NCBI GenBank assembly: GCA_937126915.1
Contig: CAKZLM010000017.1
Coordinates: forward strand, 1,357-65,356
From: an uncultured Alphaproteobacteria bacterium
GTDB taxonomy: Bacteria > Pseudomonadota > Alphaproteobacteria > Sphingomonadales > SMXR01
DNA: 64,000 bases
Reading direction: 5' to 3'
Part shown: positions 34,764 through 45,146 of the stretch, piece after piece
Layout of the letters: every line of letters starts with the position of its first letter
Numbering within the stretch: position 1 is the first letter of the stretch
Position numbers and translations under genes: made by a program
The notes under the pieces: model-generated
Seen by the model: only the letters and a program-made list of their open reading frames with translations
The model's database searches: none
What the model was told of the DNA's origin: nothing

Positions 34764-37394
34764 ATGAATATTGTTATTGTGGAATCGCCAGCAAAAGCGA
34801 AAACAATCAATAAATACCTTGGGTCTGACTATAAGGTTTTAGCCAGTTATGGCCATATCCGTGATCTTCCCTCTAAAGATGGCTCTGTTGATCCTGAGAA
34901 TGATTTTGCCATGGTTTGGGAAGCCGACAGCAAATCAAAAAAACGCATCAGCGATATTGCTTCAAGCGTCAAAGGCTCTGATAAACTGTTTCTAGCAACC
35001 GACCCCGACCGTGAAGGGGAAGCCATTTCTTGGCACGTGTTGGACGTGTTAAAAAAACGCCGCGTTCTTAAAGATGTTGAGATCAAACGCGTTGCCTTCA
35101 ATGAAATTACCAAGTCTGCCATTCTTGATGCCATGGCGCACCCACGTGACATTAATCAAGAGCTGGTTGATGCCTATCTTGCCCGTCGTGCTTTAGATTA
35201 TTTGGTGGGCTTTACCTTATCGCCTGTTTTATGGCGCAAGTTACCGGGTTCACGATCTGCTGGTCGTGTGCAATCTGTAGCCCTGCGTTTGATCGTGCAA
35301 CGTGAAAACGAGATTAATGACTTTATCTCTGAAGAATATTGGTCAATCAAAGCTGACATGCTGTCGGAACGCAACGAAACATTTGAGGCGCGCTTAACAC
35401 GCCTTGACGGTGAAAAGCTTGATAAAATGGGCTTAACCAATGAAAAAGATGCGATGCGCGCCAATGAGCTGATTAGAAATGGCGACTTTAACATCTCAAG
35501 CATTGAGAAAAAGCCAACCACCCGCCGTCCGCAACCACCCTTTACCACGTCTACATTGCAACAAGAAGCATCGCGTAAGCTAGGCTTTAACGCCAGCCGC
35601 ACCATGCAAGTCGCACAAAGCTTGTACGAGGGTAAAAACCTTGGCGGCGAAACCGTTGGCCTGATCACCTATATGCGTACCGATGGTGTGCAAATGTCAA
35701 ACGAGGCGGTGTTCTCGGCGCGTCATGTGATCGAAGAAAACTGGGGCAACAATTATGTGCCTGAAAAGCCTGTTTTCTACAAAAGTAAAGCAAAGAACGC
35801 GCAAGAGGCACACGAAGCCATTCGCCCAACCAACCTTGCCCGCCGCCCTGAAAGCCTCAGCAGTGCGTTGGACCAAGATGAACTAAAACTTTACACCCTA
35901 ATTTGGAAGCGCACCATTGCCAGCCAAATGGCCCCTGCTAGATTAGAGCAAACCCGCGTTGACATGCTGTCTGGTGATGGTCAAACTGGCCTTCGCGCCA
36001 ATGGCAGCATTATGAAATTTGATGGCTTCTTGAAATTATATCAAGAAGGCCGGGATGATCAAAAGTCATCGGATAAAAACAAAGATGATAATGATGTTCG
36101 CCTGCCATCACTGGTTGATGGTGAGAAAATTGGCGTCAAAGCCACCCACCCAGCGCAACACTTTACCGAGCCTCCACCACGTTTTTCTGAGGCCTCTTTG
36201 GTGAAAAAAATGGAAGAACTGGGCATTGGTCGACCAAGTACATACGCCAGCACATTGTCTGTGTTACGGGACCGTAACTATGTACGCATGGAGCGAAACC
36301 GCTTTATCCCCGAAGACCGTGGTAAGATTGTTACCGCCTTTTTGGAAAGCTTCTTTAAGCGCTATGTGGAATATGATTTTACCGCTAACTTGGAAGAACA
36401 GTTGGATAAAATTTCTGCTGGCGAGATGGATTGGAAAGCGGTTTTAAAAACCTTCTGGCAAGAATTTCATGCCAAAACTGAAGAAGTTTTAGGGGTTAAA
36501 ACATCTGAGGTCATTGATGCCTTGAATGTTTATTTGGGTCGCTATTTATTTCCCGGTGAAGACCGCGAAAAAGCGCGCAAATGCCCCTCTTGTGATGATG
36601 GTCAACTGAGCCTTAAAACCAGCCGTTATGGGGCCTTTATTGGTTGCTCTAATTATCCTGACTGTGGTTATACCCGCCAAATTGGCGAAGACCCTGATAA
36701 AGCACCAAGCGATGGTCCCCGCGTTTTAGGCCAAGACCCTGACACAGGGCTTGATATTACTGTTCGCGATGGTCGCTTTGGCCCCTACATTCAATTAGGT
36801 GAGGCAGAAAAAGGCAGCAAGCCAAAACGGGCTTCCATCCCTAAAGATATGTCGCCTGCTGATATCACCTTCGAAGACGCGGTGAAGCTTATTTCTCTAC
36901 CACGTGAAGTGGGTGCCCACCCTGAAACCGGCGAGATGATTTATGCCAACATTGGCCGCTATGGACCTTATGTGCAGCATGAGAAAAAATATGGTAAGCT
37001 TTCATCAACCGAAGAAGTGTTTTCTGTTGGCTTAAACCGTGCCGTGGCGCTTTTAGCAGAAGCCAAGCAAAAGTCATCCGGCCCAAGCGAACTTAAAGCC
37101 CTTGGCAAGCATCCCGATGATGGCGAGCCAGTGCGGGTGATGGATGGCCGTTATGGCCCGTATGTGAACCATTTAAAAGTCAATGCCACCATTCCACGTG
37201 GCACTGACCCTGAAAGTGTGACCTTAGAACAAGCCGTAGAAATGATTGCTGCCAAGGCGGCCAAACCAAAGCGCGCCACAAAGAAAAAGGCTGCCCCTAA
37301 AAAGAAAGCAGCAGCGAAGAAACCTGCTGCTAAGAAAACAACTGCTAAGAAAACCACGGCGAAGAAGACAACCGCTAAGAAAACCAGCGAATAG
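34764..37394 (+). CDS. topA: DNA topoisomerase I
   Basis: 876-aa ORF with a TOPRIM N-terminus (MNIVIVESPAKAKTINKYLG), active-site region (ITYMRTDG) and a C4 zinc ribbon (CPSCDDG...CSNYPDC). It ends in a Lys-rich tail with AKKTT repeats. Confidence 0.97.
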   Translation: MNIVIVESPAKAKTINKYLGSDYKVLASYGHIRDLPSKDGSVDPENDFAMVWEADSKSKKRISDIASSVKGSDKLFLATDPDREGEAISWHVLDVLKKRRVLKDVEIKRVAFNEITKSAILDAMAHPRDINQELVDAYLARRALDYLVGFTLSPVLWRKLPGSRSAGRVQSVALRLIVQRENEINDFISEEYWSIKADMLSERNETFEARLTRLDGEKLDKMGLTNEKDAMRANELIRNGDFNISSIEKKPTTRRPQPPFTTSTLQQEASRKLGFNASRTMQVAQSLYEGKNLGGETVGLITYMRTDGVQMSNEAVFSARHVIEENWGNNYVPEKPVFYKSKAKNAQEAHEAIRPTNLARRPESLSSALDQDELKLYTLIWKRTIASQMAPARLEQTRVDMLSGDGQTGLRANGSIMKFDGFLKLYQEGRDDQKSSDKNKDDNDVRLPSLVDGEKIGVKATHPAQHFTEPPPRFSEASLVKKMEELGIGRPSTYASTLSVLRDRNYVRMERNRFIPEDRGKIVTAFLESFFKRYVEYDFTANLEEQLDKISAGEMDWKAVLKTFWQEFHAKTEEVLGVKTSEVIDALNVYLGRYLFPGEDREKARKCPSCDDGQLSLKTSRYGAFIGCSNYPDCGYTRQIGEDPDKAPSDGPRVLGQDPDTGLDITVRDGRFGPYIQLGEAEKGSKPKRASIPKDMSPADITFEDAVKLISLPREVGAHPETGEMIYANIGRYGPYVQHEKKYGKLSSTEEVFSVGLNRAVALLAEAKQKSSGPSELKALGKHPDDGEPVRVMDGRYGPYVNHLKVNATIPRGTDPESVTLEQAVEMIAAKAAKPKRATKKKAAPKKKAAAKKPAAKKTTAKKTTAKKTTAKKTSE

Positions 37395-37403
37395 GACATT
37401 TGA

Positions 37404-39701
37404 TTGAGCAAAAACAAGCATAAGTCCGACAAACACAAAAAAGCCCGGCCATTTCCTACCCGTGAGGAAATACTGGGCTTTATTGATGCCGCTGATGGCA
37501 AGGTGTCAAAACGTGAAATTGCCCGTGCGTTTCATATCCGTGGTGACGATCGTGCCCTTTTAAAGCATCTTTTGGCAGAAATGAAATCCGATGGCACCTT
37601 GGTTCAAGATGCTGGTCGCGCCCTTAGGCAGCCTGACGATTTGCCTGCTGTTACCGTAATTGAAATTACCGGCATTGACCCTTACGGCGACCTAACCGCC
37701 CGCGCGGTAAAATGGGAAGGCGATGGCGATCATTTACCCATTTACCTAACCCCAAAGCGGGGCCGCCAATTTAAGCCTCTTGCCCCTGGTGACCGTGTTC
37801 TTGCACGCTTAACCAAAAACCGCGATGCCGATGGACCGCATTATGTTGCTAATGTGGTTAAAGTGCTGGAAAACGCTCCTCAATCCATTTTAGGTATTTA
37901 TGAGGGCGGTGAAAGTGGTGGCAACATCAAACCCACTGACCGTAAAGTTCGCGATGAATATTTTGTTAGCTCTGCCGATGCTAATGGCGCTGAACATGGC
38001 ATGCTGGTCCTTGCCAAAGAAGTAAGAGACCCCGCGGCCAAGCGCTTTAAACGCATGAAAAAGGCGGTTGTGGTTGAATGCCTAGGCGACTTGAATGCAC
38101 CCAAATCCATCAGCCTGATCGCCATTCATCATCATGGCATCCCGATGGACTTTCCTGAAGACGTTTTAGAACAAGCCAAAAAGGCCACCGCAGCGCCCAT
38201 AGAAGGACGTACAGACCTGCGCGATATACCCTTGGTCACCATTGACCCCGTTGATGCCCGTGATCATGATGATGCTATTTTTGCTGAGGCGGATACTGAC
38301 CCCAATAACCCAGGAGGGTGGCACATCATAATCGCCATTGCCGATGTGGCGCATTATGTGACCACCAACAGCCCCATTGACAAAGAAGCGCGCAAACGCG
38401 GCAACAGTTGTTATTTCCCTGACCGAGTGGTGCCAATGTTGCCTGAGGAATTATCAACCGATTTATGTTCCCTCAAACCCGGTGTTGATCGTGCCGCCAT
38501 GGCTTGTCATATTTGGCTGGATAAAGACGGTAACAAGAAACGCCATAAGTTTGAACGCATTATCATGCGCTCAGACGCCAATATAAGCTATCAGGACGTT
38601 CAAGCCGCCATTGATGGCACCCAGTTTACAGAAACCAGTGAACGCTTACTAGAACCCGTTTTAAAGCCCTTGTATGGCGCATGGCAGGCCTTGATGGCAG
38701 CACGGGAAAAACGATCGCCGCTGGAACTGGACGTAGCAGAACGCAAGATCATTTTATCACAGGCGGGTCAAGTTGAGGAAATTGCCCTGCGTGATCGCCT
38801 TGATGCCCACCGCGTGGTAGAAGAATATATGATCATCGCCAATGTGGCGGCTGCAGAAGAATTAGAAAAACATCAAGTGCCTTGTATGTATCGTGTGCAT
38901 GAAGAGCCACCCATGGACAAGGTTGAACACTTAAGAGAGTTTCTTAAAACCCTTGATATTAGCCTTGCTAAGGGTCAAGTGCTGCGCCCCGCTTTATTTA
39001 ATAATATTCTGGCCAAAGTAAAAGACAAACCCATCGCTGACTTGGTTAACACCGTGGTTCTCAGAACCCAAACCCAAGCTTATTACAGCCCGGAAAACCA
39101 AGGCCATTTTGGTTTGGCTTTGCAAAAATATGCTCACTTCACCTCACCAATTAGGCGTTATTCTGACTTGCTTGTACATCGCGGATTGGTGAAGGCACTG
39201 AAACTGGGCAATGATGGCCTAACAGATGAGCAGGCTGAAAAGATGAGCTTTATCGGTGAAGAAATTTCTAAAACAGAACGCCGCGCCATGGCCGCAGAAC
39301 GCGAATCTAATGATCGTTATTTAGCAGCCTTTTTGGCAGATAAAGTTGACCAAGATTTTAAAGGCCGTATTTCAGGCGTTACCCGTTTTGGATTGTTCAT
39401 CACCTTGAACCACAGTGCCGCTGATGGATTCGTTCCTATGGCGTCGCTTTTTGGCGATTTCTATGAACATGACGAAAAGAATCACCAGTTAGTGGGTAAG
39501 CGTTTTGGCAATACCTTCCAATTAGGACAAGAGGTCGAAGTAAAGCTAGTGGATGTTGATAAAACCACTGGATCCCTTAGGTTGGAGATGCAAAACCTGC
39601 CGTTTTCTGGCGGTCACAAAGGCAAACGCAGCAAAAGCCGTCGCCCGCAAAAAGGTACCCCTAAAAAAGGTAATGTTAGACGCCGCGGTAAACGCCAATA
39701 G
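37404..39701 (+). CDS. rnr: Ribonuclease R
   Basis: 765-aa ORF with a TTG start. RNB catalytic motifs (IDPVDARDHDDAI, FTSPIRRYSDLLVHR), a C-terminal S1 domain and a basic tail. Confidence 0.93.
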   Translation: MSKNKHKSDKHKKARPFPTREEILGFIDAADGKVSKREIARAFHIRGDDRALLKHLLAEMKSDGTLVQDAGRALRQPDDLPAVTVIEITGIDPYGDLTARAVKWEGDGDHLPIYLTPKRGRQFKPLAPGDRVLARLTKNRDADGPHYVANVVKVLENAPQSILGIYEGGESGGNIKPTDRKVRDEYFVSSADANGAEHGMLVLAKEVRDPAAKRFKRMKKAVVVECLGDLNAPKSISLIAIHHHGIPMDFPEDVLEQAKKATAAPIEGRTDLRDIPLVTIDPVDARDHDDAIFAEADTDPNNPGGWHIIIAIADVAHYVTTNSPIDKEARKRGNSCYFPDRVVPMLPEELSTDLCSLKPGVDRAAMACHIWLDKDGNKKRHKFERIIMRSDANISYQDVQAAIDGTQFTETSERLLEPVLKPLYGAWQALMAAREKRSPLELDVAERKIILSQAGQVEEIALRDRLDAHRVVEEYMIIANVAAAEELEKHQVPCMYRVHEEPPMDKVEHLREFLKTLDISLAKGQVLRPALFNNILAKVKDKPIADLVNTVVLRTQTQAYYSPENQGHFGLALQKYAHFTSPIRRYSDLLVHRGLVKALKLGNDGLTDEQAEKMSFIGEEISKTERRAMAAERESNDRYLAAFLADKVDQDFKGRISGVTRFGLFITLNHSAADGFVPMASLFGDFYEHDEKNHQLVGKRFGNTFQLGQEVEVKLVDVDKTTGSLRLEMQNLPFSGGHKGKRSKSRRPQKGTPKKGNVRRRGKRQ

Positions 39702-39837
39702 CTGGATGCAAAAAATTAGCGCTTTTTTGCAAATAATCTTGACTTATTATTTTTCATCAGTATGTTCCCCCCAAACCGCCTGCTTACGGGTTAAGTAGGT
39801 ATTTATATCGTATTATAAATTAACTGGAGTTTGGACC

Positions 39838-40005
39838 ATGGCCAAACCTACAAGCATTAAAATTAAGCTTTTGAGCACTGCCGACACAGGCTTTTTCTAT
39901 GTAACTAAGAAAAACCCTCGTACTCATACTGAGAAAATGGTTTTCCGTAAGTATGACCCTGTGGTTCGCAAGCACGTAGAATTCAAAGAGACAAAAATTA
40001 AATAA
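39838..40005 (+). CDS. rpmG: 50S ribosomal protein L33
   Basis: Found by hand, because it is below the ORF-track size cut-off. GGAG precedes the ATG at 39838. Product: [55 protein letters not shown] (55 aa). Confidence 0.93.
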   Translation: MAKPTSIKIKLLSTADTGFFYVTKKNPRTHTEKMVFRKYDPVVRKHVEFKETKIK

Positions 40006-40029
40006 TTTTTGTCTCTGCTGAAACATGAT

Positions 40030-40066
40030 TAAGCCCCCAGTGCAATATTGCTTGGGGGCTTTTCCT
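40030..40066 (+). terminator. Rho-independent terminator after rpmG
   Basis: AAGCCCCCA (13-nt loop) TGGGGGCTT followed by a T-rich tract. Confidence 0.7.
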
Positions 40067-40122
40067 GTTTCTTGTATAGGGTTTAAAGGGCTGCTTAAGG
40101 CGTAATAGCTAGTTATCGCTTA

Positions 40123-41496
40123 TTAATCATTAGATAGAACCACCACCCTATTACGGCCTTCATGCTTGGCTTTATATAGGGCTTGGTCAGCCCGCTCCAA
40201 ACATTCTTGTGGGGTTTCATTTTCCTTTAAAATCGCCGCACCAATACTCACCGTGATGGCAATTGGCTCCTCTTGGATCGAAATTTTAAACGGTTCCTCC
40301 GCAATGGTAAGGCGCAAGCGCTCACAGATAATTTCTGCCACCCGCAGTTCAGTATCAGGCATGATAACCACAAATTCCTCACCACCATAACGGGCCGCTA
40401 AATCAACGCCGCGAATATTGCGCGCCATGCGTTCTGCAAATTCCTTCAACACCTCATCACCAGAGGCGTGACCATAGGTATCATTCACCTTTTTAAAGAA
40501 GTCGATATCCAACAAGGAAACCGTTAAATCCTTGCCCTTTTGACGGCTAGCTGTGGCTAATGTTTCCAAATGGCTAGTCATATAATGGCGGTTATAAAGC
40601 CCGGTTACCGCATCAGTGGTAGCAAGGCGCATAGAAAGGTGCAAATTCTCACGCAATTGGTCAGCAAAGCGCTTGCGCTTCAATTGTGTTTTCACCCGCG
40701 CCATCATTTCCAAACTATCAGCAGGGCGAACCAAATAATCATTGACCCCCATCTCCAAAGCACGAACCAATTGTCGGGTATCATCCTCATCGACTAAAAC
40801 CAAAATGGGCACCTGCCTGGTTTCATCAAAGGACCGAAGCTTAGAGCAGATGCGAAGGCCATCGGTGCTTTTCATGGTTAAGCTGACAATCACCAAATCA
40901 TAATTACGCTCACGGGCACGATCAGCCACTTCACTACCACCAGTTCGATGGGTAACTGTAGCAATGGTGGAAAGGTCAGCAAGCATACGTTCTGCTGCAG
41001 TTTCATTTTCTTCCATCAGCAAAATACTGGTTGTATCAGGCTCAAAAACAATTTGCTTGCCTGTATCTTCGTCCAAACCAAGCTGCAAGTCAGTCGCCTC
41101 ACGGTTCCTGAACTCATCCATGGTGACTTTTAAGCGAACCAAAGAACGCACACGCGCAAACAAGGCTACATCCCGAACAGGTTTGGTCAAAAAGTCATCG
41201 GCACCCGCCTCAAGCCCTGCAACCCGATCAGACGGTTGATCAAGCGCTGTGATCATCACCACAGGAATATGGGTTGTTAAGGGGTCAGACTTAATCTTCT
41301 CACAAACCTCAAAACCGTTCATGCCCGGCATCATAATATCTAAGAGGACGATATCGGGCTGTTCGCGCTGAATAATGTCCAAGGCTTCAGGCCCTGAAGT
41401 CGCGCAGAGCACGTCAAAATATTCGCTGGTAAGCTTTGCTTCCAGTAATTTCACATTTGGTAGGATATCATCAACGACCAGAACGCGTGCTGTCAT
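40123..41496 (-). CDS. pleD: Response regulator diguanylate cyclase PleD (REC-REC-GGDEF)
   Basis: 457-aa ORF with two receiver domains (VVDDILPNVKLLEAKLTSEYF..., LLDIMMPGMNGF). GGEEF active site with an RxxD I-site five residues upstream (RGVDLAARYGGEEF). Directly downstream of divK. Confidence 0.92.
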   Translation of the reverse strand: MTARVLVVDDILPNVKLLEAKLTSEYFDVLCATSGPEALDIIQREQPDIVLLDIMMPGMNGFEVCEKIKSDPLTTHIPVVMITALDQPSDRVAGLEAGADDFLTKPVRDVALFARVRSLVRLKVTMDEFRNREATDLQLGLDEDTGKQIVFEPDTTSILLMEENETAAERMLADLSTIATVTHRTGGSEVADRARERNYDLVIVSLTMKSTDGLRICSKLRSFDETRQVPILVLVDEDDTRQLVRALEMGVNDYLVRPADSLEMMARVKTQLKRKRFADQLRENLHLSMRLATTDAVTGLYNRHYMTSHLETLATASRQKGKDLTVSLLDIDFFKKVNDTYGHASGDEVLKEFAERMARNIRGVDLAARYGGEEFVVIMPDTELRVAEIICERLRLTIAEEPFKISIQEEPIAITVSIGAAILKENETPQECLERADQALYKAKHEGRNRVVVLSND

Positions 41497-41501
41497 CAGC
41501 C

Positions 41502-41867
41502 CTATCCAACAAACTGATTGACCGTCTCAAGGAACTGGCCAACAGAGATGGGTTTTGCAATGTAAGCTTCACAGCCACCATCACGAATTTTTTCTTCATC
41601 GCCTTTCATCGCGAAAGCCGTCACAGCAACAACAGGAATAGACTTTAATTCATCGTCTTCTTTAATCCATTTTGTTACTTCTAAGCCAGAAACCTCAGGC
41701 AATTGAATGTCCATCAAAATAAGATCGGGCTTATGTTCCCTAGCAAGATCAAGGGCAGACATACCATCCTTGGTTTGAATGGTTTCAAAGTCATGAGCTT
41801 CTAAGAGATCACAGAACAACTTCATGTTTAGCTCATTGTCTTCAACAATTAATATTTTTTTCGCCAT
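41502..41867 (-). CDS. divK: Single-domain cell-cycle response regulator DivK
   Basis: 121-aa ORF. Long stretches match the DivK sequence as I remember it ([55 protein letters not shown]). Confidence 0.88.
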   Translation of the reverse strand: MAKKILIVEDNELNMKLFCDLLEAHDFETIQTKDGMSALDLAREHKPDLILMDIQLPEVSGLEVTKWIKEDDELKSIPVVAVTAFAMKGDEEKIRDGGCEAYIAKPISVGQFLETVNQFVG

Positions 41868-42095
41868 AATACCGCCCTAACAATTGAAAATCATGTTGTC
41901 CTTATCATAGCTACATTATTGCTACATTTTCATTACAAATCATGACTTTAGCCAATATTCTACATAAAATTGGTTGCTACTTAGCCTTCATTCTACAATT
42001 TTAATCATAGATTGTTTATGATTGCAAATTATTCAGTATAGATAATCACTTAAAAAGCGCTATTATTTGCTCAGTATGAAAAAATAGAGAATAAT

Positions 42096-42764
42096 ATGGT
42101 TGAAGACTTCATTTTACAGCAAATTTCTGACATCACAATTGATCCCTGCAGGCCTATGCTGGTGTGCGATGCTGATGAGGTTTTAGTACATTTTGCCCTG
42201 CCCCTAAAAAATTATTTCGCTGATCATGGTTATCACCTCAGTTTTGAGAGCTATGATATTTTTAATAATGTCAAGCACCAGCAAACCCAAAACCCGCTTG
42301 AGAAAAAGCTGGCATTGCAGTTTATCGACAGATTTTTTCAAGAAAATGTCGAGACATGCCCACCGGTCAATCACGCTGCCGATAGCCTTAATCATATAGC
42401 CGAGCATGCACAAGTGATCATCTATTCAAACCTACCACTGCATGCCAAAGATCGACGACAAGCATCTTTAAAAAGCCATGGTATGGACTTTCCTCTGATC
42501 AGTGGGCGCGGATTAAAAGGCCCAACCATGAACCACCTAACCGCAAAACTGACAGCGCCATGCGTTTTTGTTGATGACCTGCCACACAATATTGACTCAG
42601 TGAAACAGCATGCCAGCCATGTAGATTGTGTTCATATGGTTGCAGAGCCTCAATTACAAAGCATTGTCCCGACCCCAAAACATCGCCACCAACGCATCGA
42701 CTGTTGGAAAGAGGCAAAAGAGCCCATCATGACGCTTTTATCTCACCCCCAAAGTCAGGGATGA
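42096..42764 (+). CDS. HAD-superfamily-like hydrolase (nucleotidase-like), hypothetical
   Basis: DxDxV motif I (LVCDADEVLV) and an acidic motif IV (VFVDDLPHNI). Its stop overlaps the dinB ATG (ATGA at 42761-42764). Confidence 0.5.
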   Translation: MVEDFILQQISDITIDPCRPMLVCDADEVLVHFALPLKNYFADHGYHLSFESYDIFNNVKHQQTQNPLEKKLALQFIDRFFQENVETCPPVNHAADSLNHIAEHAQVIIYSNLPLHAKDRRQASLKSHGMDFPLISGRGLKGPTMNHLTAKLTAPCVFVDDLPHNIDSVKQHASHVDCVHMVAEPQLQSIVPTPKHRHQRIDCWKEAKEPIMTLLSHPQSQG

Positions 42765-44041
42765 AACTGACCATGTCGTCGCCAACAAGCCAAGCATTAT
42801 GTCGTGACTGCCAGCACCGTTTTTCACCCACAGTTAAACGATGCCCTAAATGCGGCAGCAAAAGGCAGTTAAACCACCCAGAGCTGGATAATTTAGCCAT
42901 TGCCCACATTGATTGTGATGCCTTTTATGCCGCCATTGAAAAACGTGACAACCCAGACCTAGAGGCACACCCTGTCATCATTGGTGGTGGCAAGAGAGGA
43001 GTAGTCTCGACCTGTTGCTATAATGCCCGCATGTATGGTGTGCATTCTGCCATGCCCATGTTCAAGGCTCTGAAAGCTTGCCCTGACGCCGTTATCGTCA
43101 AACCTAACATGGCTAAATATCAAGAAGTTGGATATCAAATCCGTGCCATGATGCAGGACCTAACACCGGATGTAGAGCCCTTATCTATTGATGAGGCCTT
43201 CTTAAATTTGAAAGGAACTGAAGCTCTGCATAAATCAACACCAGCAGAAACTCTCACTAGGTTTGCCCGAAAAATTGAAGAAGAGATCGGCATCACTGTG
43301 TCCGTTGGCTTAAGTCATAATAAGTTTTTAGCGAAAATTGCCTCGGACCTTAAAAAGCCACAAGGGTTTTCAGTGATTGGAGAGGCAGAAACCTTAGACT
43401 TTTTAGCTACCCTGCCGATTTCAAAAATATGGGGTATTGGCGGAAAAACCGCTAGCAAACTTGCAAAGATAGGGTTAACCACCATCAAGCAATTACAAGC
43501 CATGGAGCAGGCTGATTTGATAAAAGCCCATGGCACACTGGGCAATCGATTATATTTTTTATCACGAGGAATTGATCGCCGGGTGGTCAGCAACGTTAGT
43601 GAACGTAAGAGCCTATCCAAAGAAACCACCTTCGAAAAAGATATTTATGACCATGATGCCCTAGAAAGTTATATTTGGCGCTTATCGAACGACGTTTCTA
43701 ACAGCTTAAAAAACAAGGGTATCATGGGCAGCACGGTGACCTTAAAGCTAAAAACCAGCCATCATCGCAGTATCACACGCCAAACCCACCTCGCCAGCCC
43801 CACAAACATGATGCATATTATTTTCAATGCAGCACAAATGTTGTTGTCAAAAACCCAATCAGGCGTCTCTTATCGTCTTATTGGAGTTGGGGTCAGCGAA
43901 TTAAAAAGTGGCGATGATAGCCCCGCCATAGATATTGCCGACCCGCGCCTTAACAAAAAGAATGCTGCTGAAAAAGCTTTGGATAAGCTGCACAAAAAAT
44001 TTGGCGATAAAATTATCGGTACCGGGCGCGATTTAAAATAA
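42761..44041 (+). CDS. dinB: DNA polymerase IV (Y-family) with an N-terminal zinc-ribbon extension
   Basis: IAHIDCDAFYAAIEKRDNP, SIDEAFL and a little-finger domain. The start is set at the ATG at 42761 instead of the ORF-track 42626. The N-terminus carries CRDCQH...CPKCGS. Confidence 0.9.
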   Translation: MKLTMSSPTSQALCRDCQHRFSPTVKRCPKCGSKRQLNHPELDNLAIAHIDCDAFYAAIEKRDNPDLEAHPVIIGGGKRGVVSTCCYNARMYGVHSAMPMFKALKACPDAVIVKPNMAKYQEVGYQIRAMMQDLTPDVEPLSIDEAFLNLKGTEALHKSTPAETLTRFARKIEEEIGITVSVGLSHNKFLAKIASDLKKPQGFSVIGEAETLDFLATLPISKIWGIGGKTASKLAKIGLTTIKQLQAMEQADLIKAHGTLGNRLYFLSRGIDRRVVSNVSERKSLSKETTFEKDIYDHDALESYIWRLSNDVSNSLKNKGIMGSTVTLKLKTSHHRSITRQTHLASPTNMMHIIFNAAQMLLSKTQSGVSYRLIGVGVSELKSGDDSPAIDIADPRLNKKNAAEKALDKLHKKFGDKIIGTGRDLK

Positions 44042-44268
44042 TCTACACGGTTAGCTTTAAGGGGGAAGAAATTGCCCTTCTAGGTAAAATTTACCAAACA
44101 CCGCCAATATCATGCGGCAAAAATCTCCACAACACATCGGCCAACATCACCCAAAAAACCTTTTAACCACATGTTTTTTATATAGTTTTTATGTTGGCAT
44201 AGTGATTGCGATGGTGAGACAAAGCGCACCCCCCACGAAAAAAGCGCTGGACCTATAAGGAGACAGAC

Positions 44269-44979
44269 ATGAACCGCCCGGTGAAATTTCCCGACGAAAT
44301 ATCGAAGGAATTAAACCCAATTGTAGGCCGCATTGCCAATAGACTGTTAAACCAGTCAGGCAAGCAAGGCGTTGCTGTAGGCGGTAATCAGTGGGAAATC
44401 ATCCAAGAAATTTTAGATTTTGCGGCCAGTGCCGAGCAACAGATAAACGAGCAACGAAATCGTATTGTCATGCTTGAAAACCTTTGCATGACCGACGAAT
44501 TAACAGGTTTGTTGAACCGTCGCGGTCTTGAAAAGCAATTAGATAATTTGCTAGCACGTTCTGATCGTCATGATGAATGTGGCATCATCGGTTATCTTGA
44601 CTTGGATGGCTTTAAAGAAATTAATGACACCCATGGCCATGAAATTGGTGATGAAGTGTTGCGCCGTTTATCGCGCATTTTAGGAAACAGCATTCGTAAC
44701 ACCGACTTTGCAGCGCGCAGGGGTGGCGATGAATTTGTCATCCTAATGAGCCAGTGTAACATTGAACATGGCTTGGCCCGTTTAGATGCCTTAGCTGATG
44801 CGATTAACAGCACCCATTTTAATATTAACGGCATTAGTATCAGCCCTAAAGTTAGTCTTGGGAAGCGGGTTTTTGGCAGCAAAGAAGACAAAAGAAATAT
44901 TATTAGCGCAGCTGATTTTTCTATGTATCAAGAAAAAACCCGCCGCAAAAAAACCATTGATCAATTGCAACGATTGTAA
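44269..44979 (+). CDS. GGDEF-domain diguanylate cyclase
   Basis: 236-aa ORF with the GGDEF motif and an RxxD I-site (RNTDFAARRGGDEF). GGAG RBS. Confidence 0.85.
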   Translation: MNRPVKFPDEISKELNPIVGRIANRLLNQSGKQGVAVGGNQWEIIQEILDFAASAEQQINEQRNRIVMLENLCMTDELTGLLNRRGLEKQLDNLLARSDRHDECGIIGYLDLDGFKEINDTHGHEIGDEVLRRLSRILGNSIRNTDFAARRGGDEFVILMSQCNIEHGLARLDALADAINSTHFNINGISISPKVSLGKRVFGSKEDKRNIISAADFSMYQEKTRRKKTIDQLQRL

Positions 44980-45082
44980 GCGATCACCATCTACTTTCCT
45001 TCACAAAACAGGCCTTGTGATTGAAAGACGGCAAAAGAATTTATAGAGGTCTGTCCCACACGCAATTTTTTGCGTGGTCATT

Positions 45083-45120
45083 ATCCCCTCTTCCTGTTAT
45101 GGAAGAGGGGATCTTTTTAT
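45083..45120 (+). terminator. Rho-independent terminator
   Basis: ATCCCCTCTTCC-TGTTAT-GGAAGAGGGGAT followed by CTTTTTAT. It is preceded by a second hairpin, CACGCAA-TTTT-TTGCGTG, at 45057-45076. Confidence 0.75.
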
Positions 45121-45146
45121 CCAAAATAACAATATGGGGAAAAATA

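Noticed and set aside
37151-37501. 116-aa minus-strand ORF (and 37224..37436) with FLAVVFFAVVFLAVVF repeats that resemble a membrane protein
   Set aside because: It is the antisense shadow of the Lys/Ala-rich AKKTT repeat tail of topA and the start of rnr. It is a low-complexity mirror artefact.
41868-42095. AT-rich divK upstream region scanned for CtrA boxes (TTAA-N7-TTAA), plus recurring TTGCTAC / TTCTACA words
   Set aside because: Only half-sites were found (for example TTAAaaagcgcTATT). The word recurrences are short and expected in AT-rich DNA.
42626-42760. ORF-track N-terminal extension of dinB overlapping the upstream gene by 139 nt
   Set aside because: The ATG at 42761 forms a classic ATGA stop/start overlap with the upstream ORF. 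The extension is simply the alternative frame of that gene.
45021-45146. ORF-track extension of the RidA-family gene
   Set aside because: The extension would be translated across two terminator hairpins (45057-45076 and 45083-45120). RidA-family proteins begin at the internal MSVANRLKELG.
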